A DNA stretch of 64,000 nt, from assembly GCA_050872605.1 (NCBI GenBank), contig JBNMHD010000009.1; one strand, given 5' to 3'. Shown here piece after piece: positions 11,172 to 19,831 of the stretch (position 1 is the stretch's first letter; the number at the start of each line of letters is the position of its first letter). The notes under the pieces are model-generated. The model did no database searches and was not told where the DNA came from. It saw nothing but the letters and a program-made list of their open reading frames with translations. The position numbers were made by a program, and so were the translations under genes. This DNA comes from Fusicatenibacter sp. Lineage in GTDB: Bacteria; Bacillota; Clostridia; Lachnospirales; Lachnospiraceae.

Positions 11172-11660
11172 TTATTTCTCCGCCTTTTCTATTGCTTCCT
11201 GCGCCGCATTTTTGATGCCGGTGGAGCTGAAGGTTGCTCCGCTTATCGTATCAACATCGGCGGACTGTGCCTCAAGAATCTTTGGAATGATCGCCTCCGC
11301 GTTTGACAGATACGCACTGTCCTCGCCGTCGGCGGATGTGATGGCAAGATCGGTAATCTGGCCGCCCTCTACAGTTACTTCAACTGCAATGGTGCCGCCG
11401 AAGCCGTCAGCCTCACCGTCATACGTGCCGTCCACGTACTGCCCTTCTGCTTCTGCTGCTTCATCCGCGCCCGTATCCGCCGTGTTGGATGCAGCTGCGG
11501 CGGCCTGCAGGTTTTCCTTCTGCAGCTGGGTCGTCTCAAGCTCTGCCGAAAGCCGTGCGATCTGATCCTCTTTGTCTCTTTTGTCGAGCACCGTGTTGTA
11601 GCCGATCAGAACAGCGGCAATGACAGCGATATTCAAAAAACGAACAATCAATTGTCTCAT
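11172..11660 (-). CDS. membrane-anchored single FMN-binding-domain protein
   Basis: 162 aa. TM anchor 'FLNIAVIAAVLIGY', a coiled/Ala-rich linker, and the domain 'YVDGTYDGEADGFGGTIAVEV...VDTISGATFSSTGIKNAAQEAI'. The SGAT motif is at nt 11232-11243. Confidence 0.85.
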   Translation of the reverse strand: MRQLIVRFLNIAVIAAVLIGYNTVLDKRDKEDQIARLSAELETTQLQKENLQAAAAASNTADTGADEAAEAEGQYVDGTYDGEADGFGGTIAVEVTVEGGQITDLAITSADGEDSAYLSNAEAIIPKILEAQSADVDTISGATFSSTGIKNAAQEAIEKAEK

Positions 11661-11672
11661 CTGTTTTCCCCT

Positions 11673-13739
11673 TTATTGCGTTACTTTCGCAGCGTCCAGC
11701 GCATTCCGGCATGCCTCAAGAATGGCTTTTGAGGAGCAGGTTGCGCGGGAAACGGTATCAATGTTCTCAAGCGTTCCTGTTTCCAGAATCTGAGCGGAAA
11801 CGCCTTTGATTTTGGAGGTTCCCTCGGATGCGCGGCGGATGTAGGAGGCATTCTGACTATCTCCGTACCCGGTGATGTTGCTTAATGCTACGATTTTATC
11901 GTTTTCAATCGTTACCGTTACGGAAAGCTGATAAGCAGTAAAATCTTCATCTTCATCCGGTTCGCAGACGGCAATCGCTGTGTATTCGCCGTCCTGATAG
12001 ATCTTTTGTTCCGGAGTTTCCGTCGGCGTTGGGGTTGGCGTCTCAGTTGGCTCCGGGGTTTCGGTCGGGGTTGGAGTTTCCGTCGGTGTCGGAGTTACCG
12101 TTGGCGTCGGGGTTGGATTTTTCTTTTCTTCAGTTACGCGTTCTGCCTCTTTTAAAGCTTCCTCGATTGCCGCAAGAATTCCCCTGGAGCTGTAGGTTGC
12201 GCCGGAAACAGTGTCAACTTCCAGTGTCTGGTTTTTCACAACGTCCTTTGCCGTCTGTTTTGCGCGTTTTAAGAATGCTTCGTCATCTTCACTCTCGGTC
12301 ACGAGAATGGCCTTGATCGTCTCATCCTGAATGACAACTGCCGTTGTAATGTCTCCCAGATAGCCCTCACCGGTTCCGTAGTAAATGCCTTCCTCGTATG
12401 GGAATTTTCCTTCCGGAACCGCTGTGGTTCCGCCGCTGTTCGTTCCGTTATCCGGAACGGTTTCGCCGTTTGTTGCTTTCTTCGCATTTTCCAGTGCCTG
12501 TTTTACTGCGTTCTGGATGCCGCGGGAGCTGTAGGTTGCGCCGGATACGAGATCCACATCGGTTTTCTGTCCGTCTACGATGCGGTCCGCTACGACTTTG
12601 GCACGGTTGAAGAATGTCTCGTCATCTTCGTTTTCCAGAATCAGTACCGCTTTGATCGTCTGATCCTGCAGGGCTACCGCCACTTTGATGTCTCCCTGAA
12701 AACCGGCGGCTGTGCCGTAATAAATGCCGTCCTTATACGGGAAACTTCCCTTGGATGCGGATGAGTTGTTGCTCTGACTGTTTCCATTGCCGTTGTTCTG
12801 GCTGCTGTTTCCATTGTTTGTATTATTCTGGCTGCTTCCATTTGTGCCGGAAGATCCATTCACCGCCGCCTGGCTTAACGCGCTGCGTACGGCTTCGATA
12901 ATACCGCGGGAGCTGTACGTTGCACCTGAAACGGTATCCACATTGGTGCTCTGTGTCGAGATAATCGTGGAAATCAGGGAAGAAGCGCTGGAAAGATAGC
13001 TCGGTGTATCACTGTTTTCCACAATATTAATCGAGGTGATTTTTCCGCCGCTGACAACAACACAGACTTTCATCGTACCGCCAAAGCCCGTTCCGCTTCC
13101 GTAATACGTTCCGTCCCGGTATGCGGCCGGTTCTTCGATTTTCGATACGGTAACACTTCCGCCGGAAGATGCAGCGCCTATCGCACCAGATGCAGATGCC
13201 GGTTCTGAGGTATCTGTCTGACCGGTCAGTGCATTTTTTACGGCCGCCAGGATTCCTTTAGAACTGAAGGTTGCACCGGATACCGTGTCCACATCCACAC
13301 TTTGGGATGCGATGATGCGGTCAATGACACCCTTGGCACGGTTCAGGAAGGCTGCGTCCTCACCCGGAGCACTGACAATCGAGATAGACTGAATGGTTTT
13401 GTCCTTTAATACCACAGATACGGTAATTGTTCCGCCAAAACCAATTCCGCTTCCCTCATACGTTCCGTCTGCCAGTTCAAAACTGCCGGAGCCGACTGCC
13501 GCAGCAGTTTCTGCTTCGGTATCAGTTGTCTTCTTTTTCGTATCCTCTTTCTTTTTATTGTCGTCTTTCTTTTCCGCTGTATCGGTATCCCGTCCCGGCT
13601 CCGGTGTCACCAGTGCCTCCGGCTGCTCTACGGCATAAACCGGTGCAGTATATCCATTCAGCGAAATGCCCGCGCAGGCCGCTACAATAACCGCTGCAAG
13701 AGCCGGTGCAAATGCTGTCAGTTTTTTCCATTTTCCCAT
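11673..13739 (-). CDS. secreted or lipid-anchored protein with five tandem FMN-binding domains (four canonical, one variant)
   Basis: 688 aa. The N-terminal signal has a possible lipobox, 'IVAAC'. SGAT motifs lie at nt 13269-13280, 12918-12929, 12534-12545 and 12195-12206, and an SRAT variant at 11739-11750. The domains are separated by K/D/T-rich, S/G-rich, N/S/G-rich and P/T-rich linkers. Confidence 0.9.
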   Translation of the reverse strand: MGKWKKLTAFAPALAAVIVAACAGISLNGYTAPVYAVEQPEALVTPEPGRDTDTAEKKDDNKKKEDTKKKTTDTEAETAAAVGSGSFELADGTYEGSGIGFGGTITVSVVLKDKTIQSISIVSAPGEDAAFLNRAKGVIDRIIASQSVDVDTVSGATFSSKGILAAVKNALTGQTDTSEPASASGAIGAASSGGSVTVSKIEEPAAYRDGTYYGSGTGFGGTMKVCVVVSGGKITSINIVENSDTPSYLSSASSLISTIISTQSTNVDTVSGATYSSRGIIEAVRSALSQAAVNGSSGTNGSSQNNTNNGNSSQNNGNGNSQSNNSSASKGSFPYKDGIYYGTAAGFQGDIKVAVALQDQTIKAVLILENEDDETFFNRAKVVADRIVDGQKTDVDLVSGATYSSRGIQNAVKQALENAKKATNGETVPDNGTNSGGTTAVPEGKFPYEEGIYYGTGEGYLGDITTAVVIQDETIKAILVTESEDDEAFLKRAKQTAKDVVKNQTLEVDTVSGATYSSRGILAAIEEALKEAERVTEEKKNPTPTPTVTPTPTETPTPTETPEPTETPTPTPTETPEQKIYQDGEYTAIAVCEPDEDEDFTAYQLSVTVTIENDKIVALSNITGYGDSQNASYIRRASEGTSKIKGVSAQILETGTLENIDTVSRATCSSKAILEACRNALDAAKVTQ
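12009..12119 (-). repeat. Pro/Thr/Glu linker 'PTPTPTVTPTPTETPTPTETPEPTETPTPTPTETPE'
   Basis: Low-complexity in-frame repeat between FMN domains 4 and 5. A second, Asn/Ser/Gly-rich linker lies at about 12753-12857. Confidence 0.8.
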
Positions 13740-13741
13740 GG

Positions 13742-14905
13742 TTATGTATCACCGTCTTTCCTGATAATGTTTGTCTCATGATCGGATGTGAAATCATCGG
13801 CGATTCCTTCGGTTACGTACAGAACGCCGTTCTCATCCTCCAGAATGGTGTCGAATTCATCGCTGTGCGCACGCCAGTATTCGGCCGCCTTATCCTTTCC
13901 CATGATGAAAAGAGAAGTCGAAAGGCCATCCGCCAGTGTTCCGTCCGCGCTTACGATCGTCACAGATACCAGACCGTTATTCGCCGGATGACCAGTTGCC
14001 GGATCAATGATGTGATGGTATCTCACACCGTCCTGTTCGAAATACCGCTCATATCCACCCGAAGTGATGACTGCCCGGTCAGCTGTTGAGAGAATGCCGA
14101 GATAATCGTCCTCTGCTTCCGGACTCTGCACGGCAACACGCCATTTGCTGCCATCCGTTTTCGTGCCGACAACCTGAACGTTTCCTCCGAGGTTGATGAG
14201 CCCGCTCGTCACACCGCATTCCCGGTAAATATCCGCGATTCTGCCGGACGTATAACCCTTTGCAATTCCGCCGAAGTCGATTTTCATGCCGCTCTTTGCG
14301 AAGCTGATGGATGAATTTTCTTTGTCGTAGACAATATTATTGGCATCGGTCAGTGGAAGGAGACTTTCGATCGTCTCATCCGAAGGAACGGTATAATTTC
14401 CAGTCGTAAAGCCCCAGGCATCCATGATCGGGTAAATTGCGATGTCGAAAACACCGTTTGTGCTGTCATACAGATCCAGGGAGCGTTCCAACAGATAGGT
14501 GGTATCCTCCGATAAGGTTCCGCCGCCGTTCGCATTGATCTGCGCGACCTCACTCGTTTCCTCTCCAGTCGACAGGAGCGCATCCAGCCGCTCAATCTCC
14601 TGCTGTGCCTGATCTACCGCCTTCTCTGCGTTTGGACCGTAGGCAGTTACCGTCATGTACGTATCCATCGCAAAAATATCACGGCTGCTCGACGCATCGG
14701 CGGCATCGGAAGAAGATGTGGATGACGCGGATTCCTGCGTGGAATTCTCTTCCGAAGCGTCAGAACTGCTCGAAGACTCCGAAACAGACACCGGCTGTGT
14801 CTGACTTTCACTGCTCTCCGGCTGCGCTGCTGTCCCCGTACCGGAACATCCGCCGACCGTCATCACCATGGCAAGACAAAATGCTGCAACAATTTTCTTT
14901 TTCAT
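13742..14905 (-). CDS. apbE: FAD:protein FMN transferase (ApbE family) lipoprotein
   Basis: 387 aa. Lipobox 'MTVGGC', a Ser/Glu-rich tether, and ApbE-type motifs ('DIAIYPIMDAWGF', 'DFGGIAKGY', 'VITSGGYERYF', 'HHIIDPATG'). The stop codon lies 2 nt before the next gene's start. Confidence 0.9.
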   Translation of the reverse strand: MKKKIVAAFCLAMVMTVGGCSGTGTAAQPESSESQTQPVSVSESSSSSDASEENSTQESASSTSSSDAADASSSRDIFAMDTYMTVTAYGPNAEKAVDQAQQEIERLDALLSTGEETSEVAQINANGGGTLSEDTTYLLERSLDLYDSTNGVFDIAIYPIMDAWGFTTGNYTVPSDETIESLLPLTDANNIVYDKENSSISFAKSGMKIDFGGIAKGYTSGRIADIYRECGVTSGLINLGGNVQVVGTKTDGSKWRVAVQSPEAEDDYLGILSTADRAVITSGGYERYFEQDGVRYHHIIDPATGHPANNGLVSVTIVSADGTLADGLSTSLFIMGKDKAAEYWRAHSDEFDTILEDENGVLYVTEGIADDFTSDHETNIIRKDGDT

Positions 14906-14951
14906 AAATAAAACTCCATTTTTTCTTATGTTAGGAAACTCTAACTTTGGT

Positions 14952-14960
14952 ATTATAACA
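14952..14960 (-). promoter_or_regulatory. candidate extended -10 promoter (TGtTATAAT) for the apbE operon
   Basis: A perfect TATAAT preceded by TGn, about 45 nt upstream of the apbE ATG. No good -35 element. Confidence 0.35.
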
Positions 14961-15085
14961 TTAACTTGTAACTTACGCTATGAATTACTTGATAAAAGTT
15001 TTTCAATTAGTGTTCTGCATCTGATAAATTTTCTCATTTTATATACTCTAAATCAAGTGGATTTTACTGGAATTCAAGCACCGAT

Positions 15086-15129
15086 ATACAAAAAGCCCCC
15101 ACAGCCGCATTGCTGCGGCCGCGGGGGCT
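15086..15129 (-). terminator. rho-independent terminator of pflB
   Basis: GC-rich stem GCCCCCGCGGCCGC / GCGGCTGTGGGGGC with a 6-nt loop, followed by TTTTTGT on the minus strand, 23 nt after the pflB stop. Confidence 0.85.
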
Positions 15130-15151
15130 TTAGAAATAACATTTTCAGAAA

Positions 15152-17404
15152 TTACATATGATCATGGCAGGTACGTGCAATTACGTCCATCTGCTGCTCT
15201 TTTGTCAGGTCGATGAATTTAACTGCATAACCGGATACACGGATCGTGAAGTTTGCGTACTCCGGTTTCTCCGGGTGCTCCATTGCATCGATCAGTTTTT
15301 CGGTTCCGAATACGTTTACGTTCAGGTGATGTGCACCCTGCTCGAAGTATCCGTCCAGAACGTGTACCAGGTTCTCGGTACGCTCTTCGTCGTTGTGGCC
15401 GAGTGCGCCCGGGTTGATGGTCTGGGTGTTGGAGATTCCGTCCAGAGCGTCCTCATACGGCAGTTTTGCTACAGAGTTCAGGGAAGCAAGAAGTCCGCTC
15501 TTCTCTGCGCCGTAAGACGGGTTAGCTCCTGGAGACAGAGGCTCGCCGGCTTTTCTGCCATCCGGCAGAGAACCAGTTGCTTTACCATATACAACGTTGG
15601 AAGTAATGGTAAGGATAGAGGTAGTCGGCTCGGAATCACGATAGGTATGGCAGTATTTCAGTTTGTCCATGAAGGTACGAAGCAGCCATACAGCGATCTC
15701 GTCTGCTCTGTCATCGTCGTTACCGTATCTCGGGAAGTCACCGGTTGTCTCGAAATCAACAGCCATTCCTTCTTCGTCACGGATAACTTTAACTTTAGCG
15801 TATTTGATTGCGCTTAAGGAGTCTACTACGTGAGAGAATCCTGCGATACCGGTTGCGAAAGTACGTCTTACATCGGTGTCGATCAGAGCCATCTCTGCTG
15901 CTTCATAGTAGTATTTGTCATGCATGTAATGGATCATGTTCAGAGTTCCAACGTACAGATGAGCCAGCCAGTCCATCATAACGTCGTATTTCTTCATAAC
16001 CTCATCATAGTCCAGATACTCGCTGGTGATCGGCTGATATTCCGGAGCAACCTGCTGTTTTGTCTTCTCGTCTTTACCGCCGTTGATTGCGTACAGAAGG
16101 CATTTTGCAAGGTTTGCACGAGCGCCGAAGAACTGGATCTCTTTACCGGTCTCGGTAGCGGATACACAGCAGCAGATGGAGTAATCATCGCCCCATACCG
16201 GACGCATTACATCATCGTTCTCATACTGGATAGAGCTTGTCTGTACAGAAATATGAGCTGCATATTTCTTGAAAGCTTCCGGAAGGTGCTCAGAGTACAG
16301 AACAGTAAGGTTCGGCTCTGGGGACGGTCCCATGTTTTCCAGTGTATGCAGGAAACGGAAATCGTTCTTTGTAACGATAGAACGTCCGTCGATTCCCATA
16401 CCGGCAACTTCCAGCGTAGCCCATACCGGGTCACCGGAGAACAGCTGATTGTAAGACGGAATTCTTGCGAATTTAACCATACGGCATTTCATTACCAGAT
16501 GGTCGATCAGCTCCTGAGCCTCTTTCTCGGTCAGGATTCCTTTTTCGATATCTCTTTCAATGTAGATGTCAAGGAAAGTAGATACACGGCCAACGCTCAT
16601 TGCAGCACCGTTCTGGGTCTTGATTGCTGCAAGATATCCGAAATACAGCCACTGAACAGCCTCTTTTGCGTTCTTAGCCGGCTGGGAAATGTCATAGCCA
16701 TAAGACTGTGCCATAACTTTCATTTCCTGAAGTGCTTTTACCTGGTCTGCGATTTCTTCTCTTAACTGGAAGTCACCACGACGCATTCCCTGACGGTTGG
16801 TTGCAGCGAAATCTGCTTTTTTGCGCTCGATCAGGTAATCAATACCGTACAGAGCAACACGACGATAGTCGCCTACGATACGGCCACGGCCATAGGTATC
16901 CGGCAGACCGGTCAGGATTTTATTATGACGGGCTTTCATCATCTCTGGTGTGTAGATGTCGAATACACCCTGGTTATGTGTTTTGTGATATTTAGTGAAA
17001 ATTTCATGAAGCTTCTCGCTTGGTTTGTAGCCGTAAGTCTCGCAGGACTGCTCAGCCATTTTAATTCCACCATACGGCATAAATGCACGTTTCAGCGGTT
17101 TGTCTGTCTGAAGACCAACTACCTGCTCCAGATCTTTCATGCTGTCATCGATATATGCTGCGCCGTAAGCTGTGATTCCGCTTACAACTTCTGTCTCCAT
17201 ATCCAGAACGCCGCCTTTTGCACGCTCTTCTTTCTGGAGTTCCTGTAATTTGCCCCACAGACGGTCTGTAGCCTCTGTCGGTCCTTCCAGGAATTTTTCA
17301 TCTCCATCATATGGAGTATAGTTGTTCTGAATAAAGTCACGTACGTCAACGCCTTCTTTCCAGAGTCTTCCGGAAAAGCCGTCCCACTGTTCAAATTCTC
17401 TCAT
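15152..17404 (-). CDS. pflB: formate C-acetyltransferase (pyruvate formate-lyase)
   Basis: 750 aa. Glycyl-radical motif 'RVSGYAVKF' near the C-terminus and active-site 'SICCCVSA'. AAAGGAA RBS. Confidence 0.95.
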   Translation of the reverse strand: MREFEQWDGFSGRLWKEGVDVRDFIQNNYTPYDGDEKFLEGPTEATDRLWGKLQELQKEERAKGGVLDMETEVVSGITAYGAAYIDDSMKDLEQVVGLQTDKPLKRAFMPYGGIKMAEQSCETYGYKPSEKLHEIFTKYHKTHNQGVFDIYTPEMMKARHNKILTGLPDTYGRGRIVGDYRRVALYGIDYLIERKKADFAATNRQGMRRGDFQLREEIADQVKALQEMKVMAQSYGYDISQPAKNAKEAVQWLYFGYLAAIKTQNGAAMSVGRVSTFLDIYIERDIEKGILTEKEAQELIDHLVMKCRMVKFARIPSYNQLFSGDPVWATLEVAGMGIDGRSIVTKNDFRFLHTLENMGPSPEPNLTVLYSEHLPEAFKKYAAHISVQTSSIQYENDDVMRPVWGDDYSICCCVSATETGKEIQFFGARANLAKCLLYAINGGKDEKTKQQVAPEYQPITSEYLDYDEVMKKYDVMMDWLAHLYVGTLNMIHYMHDKYYYEAAEMALIDTDVRRTFATGIAGFSHVVDSLSAIKYAKVKVIRDEEGMAVDFETTGDFPRYGNDDDRADEIAVWLLRTFMDKLKYCHTYRDSEPTTSILTITSNVVYGKATGSLPDGRKAGEPLSPGANPSYGAEKSGLLASLNSVAKLPYEDALDGISNTQTINPGALGHNDEERTENLVHVLDGYFEQGAHHLNVNVFGTEKLIDAMEHPEKPEYANFTIRVSGYAVKFIDLTKEQQMDVIARTCHDHM

Positions 17405-17488
17405 TTGATTTGTTCCTTTCTGGTGTTATTTTGTTTCGTCACGCTCCGGCATCTTCTTTGCACCGGGCATGAACACCTCCGCATGCAT

Positions 17489-17517
17489 AATATAACAAAT
17501 CTCTGCTTTCCGCGCAA
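17489..17517 (-). promoter_or_regulatory. candidate sigma-A promoter for pflB (TTGCGC-17-TATATT)
   Basis: The hexamers were read on the minus strand, with 17-nt spacing, about 85 nt upstream of the ATG. Confidence 0.45.
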
Positions 17518-17529
17518 GATATGCACTTG

Positions 17530-17568
17530 AAAAAATACAAGGAAAAACCACAAAATCTTGTATTTTTA
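17530..17568 (-). terminator. AT-rich stem-loop after the GH-like gene
   Basis: AATACAAG / CTTGTATT 8-bp stem followed by TTTTTC on the minus strand. Confidence 0.45.
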
Positions 17569-17600
17569 TAAGAACAAAATCTACATGTGGCGCTTTCTTT

Positions 17601-19481
17601 TCAGGCTCCGTATCCTATCTCGTAGATCTGTTTTGTAAAGTCACAAATGACATACGTTCCATCGGAAAATTCACTTTTCTGAATGCTTCCGTCAGCCGCA
17701 AGGCACGTATGGCGTACCAGCTCCAGAAATGCCGTTTTTTCATGGAGTTCTGTCACAACGCGGCACCGTTTCGCCATCTCTTCCAGGCTGATTTTTTCTC
17801 CGTCAAACGCTCCGTCCGTATTCGGGTAGGCACCGTCCCGTACCAGATACGGCGCGCCGCCGGCGAGGAGGGCGTACAGCATATAATCTTCGTCTTTTGT
17901 CACACGGTCCATCATCCACGGCTCGATTATGCAGTCATGATACACAAGATTAAAGAGCGGCACCGGGATTCCTTTTTTCGGTGTCTCTGCCGGGCGCAGC
18001 ATAAAGTCATACGGTGCATAATGGCAGAACACCAGATATGGAACGGCCCAGTCGCTGACCTCCTCGGAGCTTGAGAGAATCCCCTGTGAGATCAGCCAGG
18101 AGAAGCAGTTTCCGCGGTACGTATAGCAGTCTCTTCTCGTCATCACATGCTCCGGATTTGCGCACTCGTCGCCCTCGTTGCACGTAAACACATCGAGGTA
18201 TGCACCGTCAAGCCGGATTCCGTTTTTCTTCAGTTCGGCAAAATTCCGTTTCACATAGAACGGTGCCTGCGTTGCACAGAGATAGCTCTGCGGTCCGCCC
18301 GCCCAGTAACTGTGTCCCGGTATCGTTCCGTCCGGAAGGCGGCAGGCATAATTTTCATCGTAGCTCGGTGCTGCGTGGTAATAATCGCGGTACTGATCGT
18401 GAATCCCGAATTGATAGCCGAAATCATGCATTGTATCGACAAGCGATTTCATGCCTTCCCATCCGCCGGCCGCTTGGCATGCCGGTGTGTAGTCCGGATG
18501 CTGGTTGTCATACCCCGGTTCTGCCCAGCCGTCCAGATGAAGATAGACTTTCTCTACGCCGAGATCATGAATTTCGCGGATCTGCTGCTCGCGCACGGAA
18601 AACGGCACTACGCGGTTATTTTTCTCCGGGTTCTGCGGATCGAAAAAGCCGGACTCCGGCTGCACAACCGTCTTGATTCCCGTATGAACAAAACACGTTC
18701 CCACAAGATCGTGAATGGACGGATTCTGTACTGCCTTTTCTTTCAAAGTGCGCAGATGGCCCTGTTCCCGTACATACTGGCGGTACGTTTTGCAGAGGTC
18801 GTTATAATCGCAGTCATTTAAAAACGTATAACGGAATACGCGGCGGTAATTCATTGTTCCAAGGCTCGGCTCCAGCCATGCCCCCACGCTGGTATACGGG
18901 CCGCCTGCCGGGTGCTCTGCCTGATAACCGGCGTTCCACGGTGTTGTACAGATCGCTGTATAGCCGCATCTTTCCTTCACCTGGCCGAACCACGGCATAT
19001 AGCCGCCGGAGGTCTCAAATCTGCCGTCAAACGAAAGCTTTCCAAGTTCCGTATTCCAGGTATTCGGAATCAGAAGTCCCTGTCCCTCGGTAAGGAGTGT
19101 ATACCAGTCATCACGCCCGTTTGTAAACTCCATTGCCGTCGGCCACAGCACCTTTACCGGATGCAGTCCCTCCTCGCAGAGCGGAATCCACTCCATCCAG
19201 AGTGTTTCATCCACAGCTTCGATCCAGATAATCGTCTCGAAGGCATACGGTGTTCCCGCAAATCCCGCATAACGGCTCCGGATGCCGCATCCGACACCGA
19301 AGGAATAGACCTCATGGGAAATCTCCTCTGCATCCAGAAAACGGTATGTTCCCTCTGCAAAAATCAGTTCAGGTGTCTTTTTCGGATCCGTATTCCAGAC
19401 AACGCTGTCTTTTTCGATCCTAAGTCCCAGCGTCTCTTCATCGAGCATCACAGCAAGCGATCCGCTTTCTGTTTTTTTCAT
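17601..19481 (-). CDS. uncharacterised protein, probably a (beta/alpha)8 glycoside hydrolase (GH101/GH129-like impression only; family not established)
   Basis: About 626 aa and cytoplasmic (no signal peptide). 'VYLHLDGWAEPGYDNQHPDY...FGIHDQYRDYY' resembles barrel strands of retaining glycosidases. The start was moved to the ATG at 19481, which is preceded by AAGGGGGA; the ORF-track start at 19592 has no RBS. Confidence 0.55.
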   Translation of the reverse strand: MKKTESGSLAVMLDEETLGLRIEKDSVVWNTDPKKTPELIFAEGTYRFLDAEEISHEVYSFGVGCGIRSRYAGFAGTPYAFETIIWIEAVDETLWMEWIPLCEEGLHPVKVLWPTAMEFTNGRDDWYTLLTEGQGLLIPNTWNTELGKLSFDGRFETSGGYMPWFGQVKERCGYTAICTTPWNAGYQAEHPAGGPYTSVGAWLEPSLGTMNYRRVFRYTFLNDCDYNDLCKTYRQYVREQGHLRTLKEKAVQNPSIHDLVGTCFVHTGIKTVVQPESGFFDPQNPEKNNRVVPFSVREQQIREIHDLGVEKVYLHLDGWAEPGYDNQHPDYTPACQAAGGWEGMKSLVDTMHDFGYQFGIHDQYRDYYHAAPSYDENYACRLPDGTIPGHSYWAGGPQSYLCATQAPFYVKRNFAELKKNGIRLDGAYLDVFTCNEGDECANPEHVMTRRDCYTYRGNCFSWLISQGILSSSEEVSDWAVPYLVFCHYAPYDFMLRPAETPKKGIPVPLFNLVYHDCIIEPWMMDRVTKDEDYMLYALLAGGAPYLVRDGAYPNTDGAFDGEKISLEEMAKRCRVVTELHEKTAFLELVRHTCLAADGSIQKSEFSDGTYVICDFTKQIYEIGYGA

Positions 19482-19687
19482 CGTGTGATATCCCCCTTTT
19501 TCTTTATCATATGCGTTCCAAACGCCAGAAAGGCGCAGAGAACCCGTCCGCCTTTCTCTGCACGGTTCCGGATTTTCTGCGCCTTTTTCCACCTAACTAT
19601 CATTTCGCAAACATGATTTTTCTGTTTTTCGTAAAAATCGTTATCCTCTGTTTTAAGCAATATTTGCTTGTTTCAGACGATTAGTAG

Positions 19688-19715
19688 TCTAAATAAAATC
19701 TGAATTTTATTTAGA
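19688..19715. repeat. perfect 12-bp inverted repeat TCTAAATAAAAT-CTGA-ATTTTATTTAGA
   Basis: Read directly. It lies in an AT-rich non-coding stretch about 115 nt upstream of the zinc-ribbon mini-ORF and is followed by TTTTG on the plus strand. Confidence 0.7.
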
Positions 19716-19831
19716 TTTTGTTGCTATGAAGTGTGAAAGCACTATTATTGTTGTCTTATTCTCGTTCAGCCCTTATACTATATATACAGCCTACCGCCAT
19801 AGGTGAGTATTTAGAAAGGAGCTTTGAAAAT

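Noticed and set aside
9337-14905. Whether the FMN, Fe-S and membrane gene set is simply an Rnf or Nqr complex.
   Set aside because: There are no RnfA/D/E- or NqrB/D/E-type polytopic subunits and no RnfC/NqrF-type NADH-binding subunit. The only membrane redox protein is NapH-like, and the FMN domains are on separate secreted proteins.
14906-15085. A possible FMN riboswitch or other riboswitch upstream of apbE.
   Set aside because: The likely 5' UTR is only about 45 nt and AT-rich. It has no recognisable conserved riboswitch core or terminator/antiterminator pair.
19482-19592. ORF-track N-terminal extensions: 17601-19592; also 38558-39736, 42837-44876, 50605-51891, 24768-25712, 19733-20056 and 46111-47739.
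   Set aside because: In each case an internal start codon has a well-spaced Shine-Dalgarno sequence and matches the expected family N-terminus. The extension has no RBS, and in the case of 39736 it runs through a 16-bp-stem terminator.
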